DNA of 64,000 nucleotides, taken from positions 29,822,001 through 29,886,000 of the forward strand of contig OZ024749.1 in NCBI GenBank assembly GCA_964016885.1, written 5' to 3'. Source of the DNA: Eledone cirrhosa (taxonomy: Eukaryota). The position numbers were made by a program, and so were the translations under genes. Shown here in pieces: positions 40,936 through 55,995 of this stretch. The notes beneath the pieces were generated by a model. That model was given only the letters and a program-made list of their open reading frames with translations. It was not told the origin of the DNA and ran no database searches. Numbering within the stretch: the first letter of the stretch is position 1; each line of letters begins with the position of its first letter.

Positions 40936-43330
40936 TTCACGCGTAGCTTTAAAGTCTTGTTATATAGTGACCTTTCCAGGTCAATTTTGCTTTTCATTCA
41001 TCCGAGGGCGATAAAAAAGTACCAGTCTAATACTGAGATGGATTCTTTCTCTATATCTCTTTCCCACTTCCATTCTCTTATTCTTTGTCTCTATCCTTTT
41101 CTGGAAGAAATCTGCTGTATTCAGACCTGGAGAGGAGATGGGATCTGCCTGGTTTAAGAATGCCCTAGAAATGTCGTATGTCAATATGGCGCCGTTACGA
41201 TTTCATCAAGGGTTACGGGACTAAATGAAAGGAGATGGTGACCTTTAGTAGAAAAAAAAAATCCCCAAACACTGAAGTGTCTTTTACAGGTAACATTGTA
41301 AAGAATTTTTGTTACGGGTAATATAGTAAACAATTAGTTAAGCAGTGAACATTTTTAATGACAGAAAATTTCAATTGCTTCGCGGTCTTGGCCAATCTGA
41401 AGAATTCTTCTGTCTTGTTCTTTAGAGTCATCCTATTTTATCAATGTTCAGATTAATATCTGCCTTTCTCTGACCATCTATTTACCAAAATACCAATTTA
41501 ATACTTTAAATACCTGATAATATTGTTTCTACAGTCAATTATTATTTCGCAGAAAAAAACAAAATACAAAAATAGAAATGCAAAACGAAAAAAATACCGT
41601 CATTTCATTCGATAAAAAAAAAAGTTGTAAAGTGTTAAATTCACATTTAAATTCACTTTTAGCATACATCCTATTAGACCTCATTAATGGCATCGGGTTT
41701 TAAAGAACCAAAAATATAAAGAGAACAAATGGAAAATTCCCGGAGGTACCAAAAACTATGACCAGTATTCCTCGAAGCATCGAGAGAAATAATAATTGGT
41801 ATTTTTCTCTCCCAGAAAATAAAACAAAATAGAATTTCTGTTGGAATTACCGCCAACACAGGGTTAAACATTCACATACATAAAGATACACACACACATA
41901 CTCTAATACACTAATACATGCGCACATTAACACACACAGACTTACACACGCGCAGTCATCCACGCACATTCTCTTTCTTTCAGCACATAAATTTGAAGAT
42001 ACACTCATACACTAACACATACATACACTCACACAGTAACAAGCGCAGACGTGCACGCACACATACTAACACACACACACATACACTTTATCGATAATCA
42101 CACACGCATTCACACGCATTCACACACACACACACACACATATATATATACACAGCCACATACACACATATATATATACACACCCACACACTTTGCTTAG
42201 TCATATATGCATCCACACACCCACACACTTTAATCAGTCATATATGCACCCACACACCCACACACTTTGCTCAGTCATATATGCACACACACAGACACAC
42301 ACACAAATACACACTCAGTATTATATGCATAAACGTGCAACCATATACACGCACCTACACTCAATCATATATATACAAATGGGAATACTAGTCACATACG
42401 CACATATGCAAAAGCACACACTTGCATACACTTGTCATATGAGCACACACGAGGAGACACACACATGCACAACAATAACAACAAAAACAACAACTCTGCT
42501 TTTTTTTTTAGTTCAATACATGATTTAATAACCGATTAATCCTCAGTTTTTCCCCACCGTCCCATCCGTTGCTTCTCTCCATCTTTTGCTCTCTCAGCCG
42601 AAAAACAAAACCGCAAGCCCAGAAACATATGCAATATAAGAACCCTAGAGCAAATCCCGAGCAACGCCGAGCCATTCTGCTAGTAAAGAATATATTTTCA
42701 ACGTTAAATACTTTCAATAATTATCTTCTCATAAATCCCACATATTGTATATCGATATTTGTATGGCTATATCATCTACATAGTCTCTTTTACTTTAGTT
42801 TACATAATTGTGTAAAGAAAAATTAAACTTTATATATTAATGGGTTAAAATAGAAATTTATGCATTAAATCCCCTTTTGAAACTAAACTCCCTGAAATTA
42901 TTCGCTGTTCTATGAAACAAAACCGTGCATTTAAAATGTTTATATTTATCTAAAAACCTTCCATTATAATTCTGTAGAAGCACCATTGTTATATTCCAAG
43001 CATTGGTTTAATAATGAGAAAGTTAATCATGCCACTAAATCACTCCGATTTCTTTATTATTTACTAACATTATTCGAAAGCCATAAGCAGCGTTTTTAAT
43101 TAGAAATATGCTAATGAAAGCCATCTATAATGAAAAAAAAAAAAAAATTATGAAAATTAGTTAAAATCTGTTTTTAGTTTTTCCTTTGTTTCCACAATCA
43201 TTGCGATTCTGAATTGGGAGGCAATTGTGTCTAAGAAGGGGAATTGGGGAGAGATGTGAGTTATGTGTAGAATGTAGGAAAAATTCAAACTGTGAAAGAA
43301 CAGTGTATATTGTATTTATACATATGTAAT

Positions 43331-43440
<110 letters not shown>

Positions 43441-44220
43441 CTTTGATAACTTTGATAGATTTCGGCTAGTATTGTCCAGACCATGTATAAATTACAGTAT
43501 TTCCTGGCGTCGAAGAAATACACACACACACACACGTGCGTGTGTGGTTGTATGTGTGTGCGCGTGTATAAGAACGGAAGAAAGAGAAATAGAGAGACAA
43601 AGATAAAGGGAACACATTACTTCATGGTGAAATGGCCGAAACTCACTCGTCGGTGTCCAGTCTCTTTGCCTATTACCCACTCTACTACCCTAAGTATCAA
43701 GTACACACTCACATGTATATATGTATATATATATTTATATATTTATATATATATATACATACATTCACACATATAAAATGAAATACCAGTACAACCAGCT
43801 ATTGTGCATGTTGTGCGTGTATATATCAAAAGAAATACCAATACATAATATATTATATATACAATATATAATATATAATATAGATAGGTCTATACAATAT
43901 ATAATATATATTATAGATAGGTCTATACAATATATAATATATAATATAGATAGGTCTATACAATATATAATATATAATATAGATAGGTCTATTGAAATTT
44001 CATATGATATATACAAAATATACACTATGGTTGGGTATATTGGTATTTTATTTGATATATATACAACATGTACACTATAGTTGGGTATATTAATATTTCA
44101 TATGATATATATATATATATATATATATTTTTATATATACAATATATATAATATATAGATTTATATATATACATATACAATATATCAATATATATATATA
44201 TAATATATATATATATACAT

Positions 44221-44312
<92 letters not shown>

Positions 44313-44693
44313 GAAGTTCTATTTAAATTGTTGGGATACAACAAGCAAATATTTTTATAACTGATATAAAGCACTCAACAAATAATTGGAGTAAAAATAC
44401 GATATTAACAAATGGAAACTATATTTATAAAACCATATTTATTTCATTATACATATTTCAAGGACACCAAGTTAAATTATAGTGTGCTTTCATCAGATAA
44501 AATATAATATAGAGCAGTTTTATAAATAAATATTGACATACCCTTAAAGAATGCAACCATTACTGTTGGAAGCTCCCGGATAGTGGGGTTATAAATTTAT
44601 TTATACTATTATGTATACTATTATGTAAATTAGTATTGGATATTTTTAAATAAGCCGTATGTCAATATTTATTTATAAAACTGCTCTATATTA

Positions 44694-44758
44694 TATTTTA
44701 TCTGATGAAAGCACACCATAATTAAACTTGGTGTCCTTGAAATATGTATAATGAAATA
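44694..44758 (+). ncRNA. Type I hammerhead, family C
   Basis: CTGATGA-AAG-CACACCA/TGGTGT-CCTT-GAAA; stem II is compensated relative to the 7681 copy. Confidence 0.8.
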
Positions 44759-44784
44759 AATATGGTTTTCCATTTATTAATATC

Positions 44785-44901
<117 letters not shown>

Positions 44902-45744
44902 TATATATACAATGTAAACAGTGGTTTGGTATATCTCCAACATACATATCCCTGTCTTGTTATAATCGTTTTCGTTGTTGTTTTTGTTGTTGTTGTTGTT
45001 GCTGTTGTACTGTTGTTGTTTACACCCCCGTCAGTTTTGATTGAGTAGGTTTATGTGCAAAGACATTTCTTCTTCTTCTTCTTCTTCTTCTTCTTCTTCT
45101 TCTTCTTCTTCTTCTTCTTCTTCTTCTTCTTCTTCTTCTTCTCCTGCCTCCCCCTTCTCCTCCTCCTCCTCTGAAGCATTTAATCTGATGCTCAAAACGA
45201 CTCTGCCAATCTGTCGCTTATGTAACGGAACCTAGATACATGAAACGAAAACAAACATAACAAAAGAAAGCAAAACACAAAATATAAGTAAACAAAATTA
45301 CATCAAATGGCTCTATAGGTTTAAAAGTGCTTCTTCAATGTTACATCTTTTAGGGACTTTCTAGAGGGCCTTTTTTTAATGATTGGGTACTCTTATCCTT
45401 CATTGAAAACAATGTGAAATAAAGCATCTACCTCAGTCCTGTATTTAATAACGAATCATCGCCATTTTCTCTTTCCTTTCTCTCTGAAAATCCATCAAGT
45501 ACAGAATAAAATGTACAAAAGTCTTTTCGGTTCTGTCTCCGATTTCTATGGGAGAAAAGAACAGCCGAACTACTGTCTAAATTATGACAATTCTATCATT
45601 AATCCTCTGTATCTTTTCCTCATCTCTTTACGTCTTATGGCGTCATAAATGTCAAGCTTACCTCCCTTTCTTTGTGTCGGATTCTCTACTCTTTATTTTC
45701 TTTCTCTCCATTCAATTTGGTGTCTTTTCCATGTGTATATATAA

Positions 45745-45797
<53 letters not shown>

Positions 45798-45798
45798 A

Positions 45799-45834
<36 letters not shown>

Positions 45835-45835
<1 letters not shown>

Positions 45836-46511
45836 AATATAAGTATGTACACGTACATACATATATTTTTACAGACGTACAGTAGTATGTATATATATAT
45901 ACATACATGCATACACATATATGTATGTATGGATTCACCGAACATTTATTATAATGCTCGGTGTGTTTGTAAACAAACATCCCGTATTAAGCCGTAGTGT
46001 CTAGCAACCATCGTTGCTCGTTTGTTCAACACTGAAAAAGGAACGCTGTACTAGTTTCAAGCTTATTAGCTATCATCAGCAACGTATACCTTCCTGCCAG
46101 TTTGTTGATCGTATATACTTACCTTATGCATATTAACGGCTGAGTAGCCCAATTTGCATAAGGTAAGTATATACGTTCAACAATCTGGCAGGAAGGTATA
46201 CGTTGCTGACGATAGCTAATAAGCTTGAAACTAGTACAGCGTTCCTTTGTCAGTGTTGAACAAACGAGCAACGATGGTTGCTAGACACTACGGCTTAATA
46301 CGGGATGTTTGTTTACAAACACACCGAGCATTATCATAAATGTTCGGTGAATCCATACGTACATATATATATGTGTGCATGTATGTATATATATATATAT
46401 ATACATACTACTGTACGTCTGTATACATATATGTATGTACGTGTACATACTTATATTTAAGTAACAGCCGTACTAAGGGTGGGAAATGAAATTTAGTTTC
46501 ATTTTTTCCGT

Positions 46512-46513
<2 letters not shown>
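45835..46513. mobile_element. Family H (420-bp retrozyme-like unit), fold-back locus
   Basis: Nearly identical to the 25020 unit; inversion at TGCATA (~46155-46160); HHRs at 46044-46084 (-) and 46201-46241 (+, CTGACGA). Confidence 0.85.
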
Positions 46514-46543
<30 letters not shown>

Positions 46544-46634
46544 ATGCGTGTGTGTGTGTGTATGTGTGTGTATATATGTATGTATGTATCTTTGTATATA
46601 TATATGTATATATATATATATGTGTATATATATA

Positions 46635-46680
<46 letters not shown>

Positions 46681-46691
46681 TATATATACAC

Positions 46692-46728
<37 letters not shown>

Positions 46729-46769
46729 CAAAGATACATATATACACACACACACATACACACACATAC

Positions 46770-46807
<38 letters not shown>

Positions 46808-46835
46808 ACACACACACCCACACACACACACATAC

Positions 46836-46949
<114 letters not shown>

Positions 46950-47149
46950 CCCCCCACACCTGCATACGATATGGATATATTGGAGATATACTGGAATTAT
47001 TTGTTGAGCCTTAGGCCCGCACATAAAGCTGTCAAAGCTGTTATGTTATTTGCGGCAGATTTATACGCCATTTCTCGAACACAGAATATCGTTCTGGAAT
47101 TTATTAGAAAATACTGCACACTCCACGTTTTATGTCTTTGCAATTTCAA

Positions 47150-47770
47150 TCAACAACAACAACAAAAACAACAGCAGTACGAATAGAAGCAGCAACATTA
47201 ACAACATTAAGAACAACAACAAGAATAACAACAGCAGCAGTAGCAGCAGCAACAAAAAAAACAGTAACAATAGCAGCAACAAAAACAGCAGTAACAACAA
47301 CAACAACAACAACAATAGCAGCAACAACAAGGACAGCAGCATAATAACAACAACAACAGTAACAAGGACAGCACAACAACACCACCACCACCACCACCAA
47401 CATCAACAACAACAACAATAGCAGCAACAACAAGAACAGCACAGCAGCATCGGCAACAACAGGAGCACTAGTAACAACGCCAACAACAACAACAGCAGCA
47501 GCAACAGTGACAATAACAGCAACGACAACAACAGCAACACAACACCAACATGAACAGCAACACCAACAACAATAACAATAGCAGCAACAACAAGAACAAC
47601 ACTAAAACACCACCAACACCAACAACAATAACAATAGCAGTAACAACAAGAACACCACCGCCACCAATAACAACAACAACAACAATAGCAGCAACAACAA
47701 GAACAACACTACAAAACCACCACCACCACCAATAACAGTAGCAACAACAGCAAGAACAACAGCAACTACA
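47150..47770. repeat. (CAA/CAG/CAC)n trinucleotide repeat
   Basis: Direct reading. Confidence 0.95.
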
Positions 47771-47910
47771 AATATAAGAATTCGAACAATAGAATCTAAC
47801 AGAAAATATTGGAAAGTGAAATAATTCAATGATATAATTTCATACAGACTTGTCGTTAATTCCATTCAATCAGATCCCAATAAAATATGTTAGCGCTTTC
47901 ATTCGATAAA

Positions 47911-50070
47911 AATTGTTTCTACTTTAGGCACAAGGCCAGCAATAACCCAGTACATTACTGCTACTTTATTTTATCGACCCCGTAAGGATGAAAGGCAAAG
48001 TTGATCTCGGCGGGATTTGAACTCAGAATGGAAAGGGCCGTAACTCTATGCGTCAAAGCATGACGTCCGACCCTCTACCGATACTGCCAATCCAAATAAT
48101 TGTTTCTACTTTAGGCACAAGGCCAGCAATTTTGGGGGAGGGAAAAGTTCATTAAATCGACCCCATTGCGTAACAGGTACTTTATTTTATCGACACCGTA
48201 AGGATAAAATACAAAGCTAGCCTTGGCGGAATTTGAGCTCAGATCATAAAAGGCCATAACTCTATGCTGCAAAGCATGGTGTCTGGCGCTCTACCGATAC
48301 TGACAAACCACCTAATGATAATGGTTTCTGATTCAGGCTGAAGGCCAGCAATTTTGAAGGAGGAGAAAGTCGATTAAATCGACCCCAGCGCATTACTGAT
48401 ACTTTATTTTCTTGACACCTTAAGAATAAAAGCCAAAGCTAAACTCGGCAGGATTTGAACTCAGAACGTAAAGCGCAGTAAAAATATGCTGCAAAACATT
48501 GTGTCTGACGCTCTACCGATACTGACAATCTACTACCCTAATAATTGTTTGTATTTTTGGCACAAGGCCACTGAACATTACTGGTACTTTATTTTATCGA
48601 TCCCTTAAGGATGAAAGGCAAGTTAACCTCGACGGGATTTGAACTCAGACGTAAAGGGACGTAACTATGCTGGAAAGCATGGCGTCCGACCCTCTACCGA
48701 TACTGCCAATTTGCCCTAATAATGGTTTCATATATAGGCACAAGACCATCAATTTTGGGGGAGGGGAAAGTCGATTAAATCCACCCCAGTACATTACTGG
48801 TGCTTTATTTTATCGACACCGCAAGGATGAAAGGCAAAGTTAACCTCGGCGGGATTTGAACGCAGAACATAAAGGGAGGTAATTAAATGTTGCATAGCAT
48901 GTTGACCAACGCTGTACCGATACTGCAAATCCACCACCCTCTACATTCATGTATTAATAAGGGTTTCTGATTTAGGCACAAGGCCAGCAATTTTGGGGGA
49001 GGGGAAAGTCGATTAAACGACCCCAGTGAGTTACTGGTATTTTATTTTATCGACCCCGTAGGGATGAAAGGGAAAGCCAACCTCGGCAGGATTTGAAGTC
49101 AAAACGTAAAGGGCCATAAATCTATGCTGCAAAGCATAGCGTCTGACACTCTACCGATACTGCCAATCTACCCCTCACTAATAATAGTTTCTTATATAGG
49201 CACAAGGCCAGTAATTTTTTTTTTTGGGGGGGGGGAGGAGAAAGTCGATTAAATCGACCCCAGTGCGTGACTGGTACTTTATTTTATCGACCCCTTAAGG
49301 ATGAAAGGCAAAGTTAACCTCGGCGGGATTTGAGCTCAAATCATAAAGAGCCGTAACTCTATGCTGCAAAGCAAGGCGTCCGACCCTCTACCGATACTGC
49401 CAATCCACCGCCCTTATAATAATTGTTTCTACTTTAGGCACAAGGCCAGCAATTATCTCAGTGCATTACTGGTACTTTATTTTATCGACCCCGTAAGGAT
49501 GAAAGGCAAAGTTAATCTCGGCGGGATTTGAACTCAGATCATAAAGGGACGTAACTATGCTGGAAAGCATGGCGTCCGACCCTCTACCGGTACTGCCAAG
49601 CAGCAAAGACAACAATCATGATGACCAAATGATTTATAATGCAGAGGAAGAATCTCTTATTATTTATACAGAAATGTGGGCGGTGGATTGGCAGTATCGG
49701 TAGAGCGTCGACCAACATGCTTTGCGGCATATAGTTACAGCCCTTTATGTTCTGCGTTCAAATCCCGCCGAGGTTAGAGTTGCCTTTCATCCTTACGGGG
49801 TCAATACAATAAAGTACTAATAACGTACTGGGATCGATCTAATCGGCTTTCCCCTCCCTCCAAATTGCTGGCCGTGTAGAAAACCATAATTGTAAGTGTG
49901 GTGGATTGGCAGTATCGGTAGTGGGCCGGTCAAAATACTTTGCAACATTTAGTTACGTCCCTTTACGTTCTGAGTTCAAATCCCGCCGAGGTTTCATCCT
50001 CACGCAGTCGATAAAAGAAAGTATCAGTAACGTACTGGTGTCGATCTATTCGATTTTTCCCCTCCATCCC
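47911..50070. mobile_element. Cluster of ~10 tRNA-derived SINEs: 8 head-to-tail on minus (47911-49600), 2 on plus (49677-50070)
   Basis: Unit starts at about 47911, 48099, 48320, 48543, 48721, 48960, 49183, 49421; A box TGGCAGTATCGG, B box GTTCAAATCC. Confidence 0.9.
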
Positions 50071-50492
50071 GCCAAAACAATATTTCAGCTGGTCTTTCAG
50101 TTGCTGATAATAGTTGCCGATGTCAGCTCCTAGCGCACACACACACACAAACCCTCCCTCCCCAAACGCAGGATTTTAACTCAGAACGCTCAACATTTAG
50201 TCCGATGTTCCAACAGTTTTGACAAATGAATGTTATATAAAGTTTTATTAATTAGTAGTAATTAACATTATTAATTATAATTAATATGCCAGATTAATCC
50301 AAGCAACCAAATAAATATTGGGTCATCAAATATGAAATTTGTAGAGATTTGTTTTTTCTTCTACAAATTTCTACAAATTTCATACTTGACGACCTAATAC
50401 ATAAATAAATAAAAAAATGATGAAATTTAACGAAATAATGTAATAATGGGATGAAAATTTAATTAACTAATTTTCTTTTGATTATTTTTCAG

Positions 50493-50614
50493 TGTATTAC
50501 GTTTTTTACGTTTACCTGGAAACTTGGAGAGTTTATATGTAAACTGGCTTATTACATGCAGAATGTATCTATGATATGTTCTGTCCTCACTCTAACGGCT
50601 CTTTGTCTGGAAAG
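50493..50614 (+). CDS. Internal exon of a class A (rhodopsin-family) neuropeptide-type GPCR: ECL1-TM3 up to ER of the ERY motif
   Basis: ttttcag|...GAAAG|gtaaga; 122 bp, phase 0 to phase 2; CITFFTFTWKLGEFICKLAYYMQNVSMICSVLTLTALCLER with W-x-x-G-x-x-x-C-K and S-x-x-x-L-x-x-x-x-x-ER. Confidence 0.93.
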
Positions 50615-50637
50615 GTAAGAATATTTTATTTCTTCGA

Positions 50638-51300
50638 TCTATATATATAAAGTTGTAGTTCCTGTCTGTTTGTTTGTTTGTTCACGAACTCCTCCTATGG
50701 TTTTGGAGATAGACCCCCATAACCTATATATATTCTGAAACTACATTGCCCAGTGTACTTGGATAAGTATATTTCATTTTAATCAAAGGGTTCCCTGGGT
50801 GCACAAAACCCCCGCTGAAAAATCTTTCCTTCGATTTATATGAAATTTAAACCATATGTAAATGACAAGATATGATGTCTATTCACAAAATTTCAGCAAT
50901 TTCAATAATATTAAGACAACCTAATGGGGGTTTAACCCCCTATAGTGAACATTTTGGCCAATATATGGAACAAGATGTGTTGTAACAAGATTGCATGAGA
51001 ACTTGATTGAAGCAACCATTATATTCGGGGCTTACAAAGGTCAAGCTCTTCTTATTCTGAGGATTCCACTTATACCAAGTGATAGCGAGTTGCCTTTTAC
51101 CAGTCATGGCATGTTTTATGTGGCTGTTTCAAGGACTGGAACTTCAAAAAATTTCTACATTTTAGCCAATCAAAGAAAGACAAGAAATCTTGTTTACCCT
51201 GAAGTTCTTCATTAAGATAAAGTATGAAATATATTTTCATGTATTTATTATGTTAACAAATAAATAATTAAACTTTGAATTTCTAATTTGAAAATAATGC
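50638..51300 (+). mobile_element. Internally deleted Helitron
   Basis: a|TCTATATATATAAAG..GTCTGTTTGTTTG 5' end; ORF 50991..51215 matches the Pif1-helicase C-terminus (NLIEATI..RIPLIPSD..LPF / SHGMFYVAVSR..TRNLVYPEVL). The 3' end was not found. Confidence 0.85.
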
Positions 51301-51989
51301 TTTACACAAAAATGAACTGATCAAGTTTTGAATTGATATTTAAAAAAAAAATTATTTACAAGAAACAAAATAAGGATAAGATTTAATAATGTAATTTTGA
51401 TTTGATATATTACAAAAAATAATGTTTTCCAATTTTTCATACATTACATTTTACATTGAGTAATATTGAAATGCAGAGCTTTTCTCCATAAATTATATCA
51501 CTGATTTAAAATCAATCATCATTATCTTACAAAAAAAAGGAAAATATTTATTTATTTTATAAATGCTCTGTACGCCCTCACAACTACGATTCTTTGGCTG
51601 GAGAAGGTAACAACTTTGTATTTTCATTGGTGATATAATGATAATTTTTTTACAATGAAAATATTTATTTATTTTATCAATGCTCTGTACGTTCTCACAC
51701 CTACGGTTCTTTGACTGGAGAAGGTAACATCACTTTATTTTCTCATCTGTCATCTATTTCTTTTACCATGAAAATACTTATTCATTCATCAAATATTAAA
51801 TGGCATTTTGTGAATGATAGCATCGTTAGCTTCAATATTCTAATGGATTATTCACAGGTTATTTCGTTAAAGATTCTGAAAGTGACAAGACAATGTCTGT
51901 GCATCTCCTGCTGAAGAAATACTACAGCGTATTGTATATATACTGTAAGAGACTTTTGTCAACGAGATATTTATTTAACACAGATCAAC

Positions 51990-53217
51990 GCAAAACTCTA
52001 GTCTCCTTCAATGTAGGATCCTCCAACTTCATTGCACTTGTAACGCCCTAGCAAACTTTAGAAAGCCCCTTTGTAGTCCTTCAAAGGGAAGGTGTTCAGG
52101 GCACTTGTCACAGGCTACTTTATCTCCTTCACATCCTCAAAGCTGATACCCTTGAGCTTCCCCGTCAGCTTCGGGAACATCCAGAAATCGCATGGGACTA
52201 AATCTGGACTGTAGGGAGGATGTAGGGTAGTCTTGATCCCCATATCAATCAAATAGTTGGCTCCCACGATGGATTTATAGCAAGTGGCATTGTCCTGGTG
52301 CAGGTGCCACTGACCAGTCGTGAATAGTCCTGGTCTCGATGAGATCTCTTTTTGAACTGCCTCAAAACCTCTATATAGTACTCTTTGTTGATTGTCTGGG
52401 CGTAGGGGACCCAGTGGATGTAGGTGATGCCCTTGCTGTCGAAGAATGGGATCATCATGAGTTTCCCAGTGGACCTGCTTTGTCTGGCCATATTGGGTCT
52501 CAGAGAATCAGAATTTTTCTACGTGGCACTCTGTCGCTCGGTATCTGGATCATAACAGTAGAACCAGTATTCGCCACAGCTTACCAGAGACTCAAGGACA
52601 CTTGGATTCGAAGCGATCCACTCGACCCTCTCTCTGGGAGCAAACTTTGCACAAGCTGAACTTTGCATGTTCAGCTTGTCATAAATGTGCACACTCTGTG
52701 CACAGTGCTCTCTGCCACTTCAAATTGTTTAGACATCATCAGAAAAGATGCACGACGGTCCTCGTCCAGAAATTTGCGAATTTTGTCGACAAAATTTGGC
52801 ATCCTGATGTCCCTCACTCTGTCATACTTCTCATCATCCCTCACCTGCTCCCTACCCTCCTGGAACCTCTTGTACTAGTGGAAAACAGTTACCCGGTTCA
52901 TGAGAGTTAGTGCGTAAGCAGTGTTGAGACCATTCCATAGGTGTCTGCAGCGTTTTTTGTCGAGCCTCACACAAAACCTTATTGCATATCGAATCTCCAA
53001 GTTGTCCTCAAGTCCAATGAACCAGCCAGCTATGACAAGATGTGTATGACGGGTAGTATTAGTCTATAGTGGCCCAAACCTTCAACTTGAAAAAGAAAAT
53101 TTCGGCATGTCAGATTATTATAACCATATCAAAGATGTATTAAAGTGGCAGTTATGTAAGTCAATTAAAAGTGCCTGAAAAGAAAAGGTATGAAAAATTT
53201 CTTGAGCATACCTCGGA
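51990..53217 (-). mobile_element. Decayed mariner (Tc1/mariner) transposon
   Basis: Minus-strand KLMMIPFFDSKG..TINKEYY, HQDNA, HPPYSPDLVPCDFWMFPKL, with frameshifts; TIR-like CGAGGTATGCTCAAGAA near 53215. Confidence 0.9.
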
Positions 53218-54024
53218 CAAATATGCAAGTATACATATATACAAGTATATAAATGTATGTATGTACACACACATGCACACACACGCACACACACACACGC
53301 ACACACACACGGACACACACACATATATATATATATTTGGCTTGATATATTTCGGATGCATATACATTTTCAGGGGAATCGTGATGAAATTTTGGAGGGT
53401 TGGATCTACATCTCCAAAATAGAAATATATATGGATGTGAAGAGAGTTTCTCAAATGGTTAAGATGATGAAAAAGAGACTAATAGAGAGATGCACAAATA
53501 CAGTGAGAGTGAGATTGAGAGAGAGAAAGAGAGAGAGAGGAAGCTGAAAGAGAGATTAGATGGAAACTAATATAAAGTTGAGACAAATATGTCTCTTTTT
53601 CTCTAACAAAATGTATATATATATACATAATTGAATATAAAAGAGCGATAAACACAGATTTAAACATACATATGTTCAAATCGTAAGGGACCAAGTTCGC
53701 TAGGGTGAAAAAATACTAACTATTAACAATATGGTTTGCCAGGCTCAATTTAAAATAATCAATCAAGAAAAAGAAATACAAACCTATATTGGGTTACTGC
53801 CTGAACAACCAGACAGCTTTGGTTGGCTGTTCCGCAATTTTAGCGAAGGAAATTACCAATTCTTTTCTCATGTATGTTTATATCTGTGTTTATCTCTCTG
53901 TTATATTCAATTATATTACACGGCTCAGATAAACCTCTTTCTTTGAACTATTTAATTGTAAGAGACTATTTTGAGTTTCTAACTCAATATATACCTTTGA
54001 TATATATATATATATATATATATA

Positions 54025-54201
54025 GCGAGGGAAAAGTGGTAAGGAATCAGGTGGACCATAACGCACCAAAGTACTCAATACTTAGGGTAGTAGAGTGGGT
54101 GATAGGAGTAAGTAAGACCCCGACGGCTGAGCTCAAGCCGTTTCGACTACAGAATTAGCCGTCGAAACGGCTTGAGCTCAGCCGTCGGGGTCTTACTTAC
54201 T

Positions 54202-54203
<2 letters not shown>
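54025..54203 (-). mobile_element. Family A fold-back element
   Basis: Reverse orientation; both arms share ggagtaagtaagacc. Confidence 0.85.
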
Positions 54204-54255
<52 letters not shown>

Positions 54256-54368
54256 ATATATATATATATATATGTGGGTGTGTAAAAGGTAAACAGAAAT
54301 AACAATACAATCGGTACAGTATATGGAAATAATATATTAGGTTAACGCTTGATATAGCAGGAAGAGGG

Positions 54369-54404
54369 TCTTAACGTTTCGGACGTTAGTCCTTCATCAG
54401 AAGA
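54369..54404 (-). ncRNA. Minimal type I hammerhead
   Basis: Minus strand TCTT-CTGATGA-AGGAC TAAC GTCC-GAAAC-GTT-AAGA (palindromic AACGTT). Confidence 0.85.
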
Positions 54405-54630
54405 AAGAATGAGAAATAAGATAGATAGAAGCGACGGGCGGGTTGGAATTGGAAAAAATGTCTTTAGATAAAAATAACAGGTCCATTCATGTTGACATCT
54501 CTTGGAAAATTGTTGGTGCTGGCGTTTTGTGTATGATATATATTTTTTAGAACAGTGGATAATGGAGCGCGTCTACCTGAAATGAAAAAAAAACCGTTTT
54601 GGAAAAGAGCGATACTTTTGTACGTGCATA

Positions 54631-54662
<32 letters not shown>

Positions 54663-54751
54663 AGCGTGTGTGTGTGTTATTATACGTCCGTACGAAGCTA
54701 AGAAGAATCGGAAGATATTCATACACCATGAGAGACGAGCGTATATATTGA

Positions 54752-54845
54752 AGCGTATCTGAGGATCTTTCGATTCCAGAGTCAGGTTCGATCAATAATA
54801 GATCGTTCATCGTGCTGATCGACAGTGAAACATATGTAATATGTT
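54752..54845 (+). ncRNA. Type I hammerhead, divergent family B
   Basis: AGCGTAT-CTGAGGA...GAAAC-ATAT-GTA-ATATGTT. Confidence 0.65.
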
Positions 54846-54973
54846 ATTAAATATGTTATGATGCACCACTGATTTTTGTTCCTTTATTTTTAAAATATTA
54901 ATACTCTGCGCATCGAGAGCATCGAGTGCTCACCCGGCATACCGCCTATGGACGCAATTATCTTGCACCTCTA

Positions 54974-55073
<100 letters not shown>

Positions 55074-55129
55074 AGGGAGTGTAACGTGAAGTTACTCTAA
55101 CGTAGACTTAACAAATCGTCCTTATATTA

Positions 55130-55995
<866 letters not shown>

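Noticed and set aside
47911-49600. CRISPR-like or tRNA-gene array
   Set aside because: Units are ~200-bp SINEs with A/B boxes and a SINE core; no unique spacers, no cloverleaf, eukaryotic context
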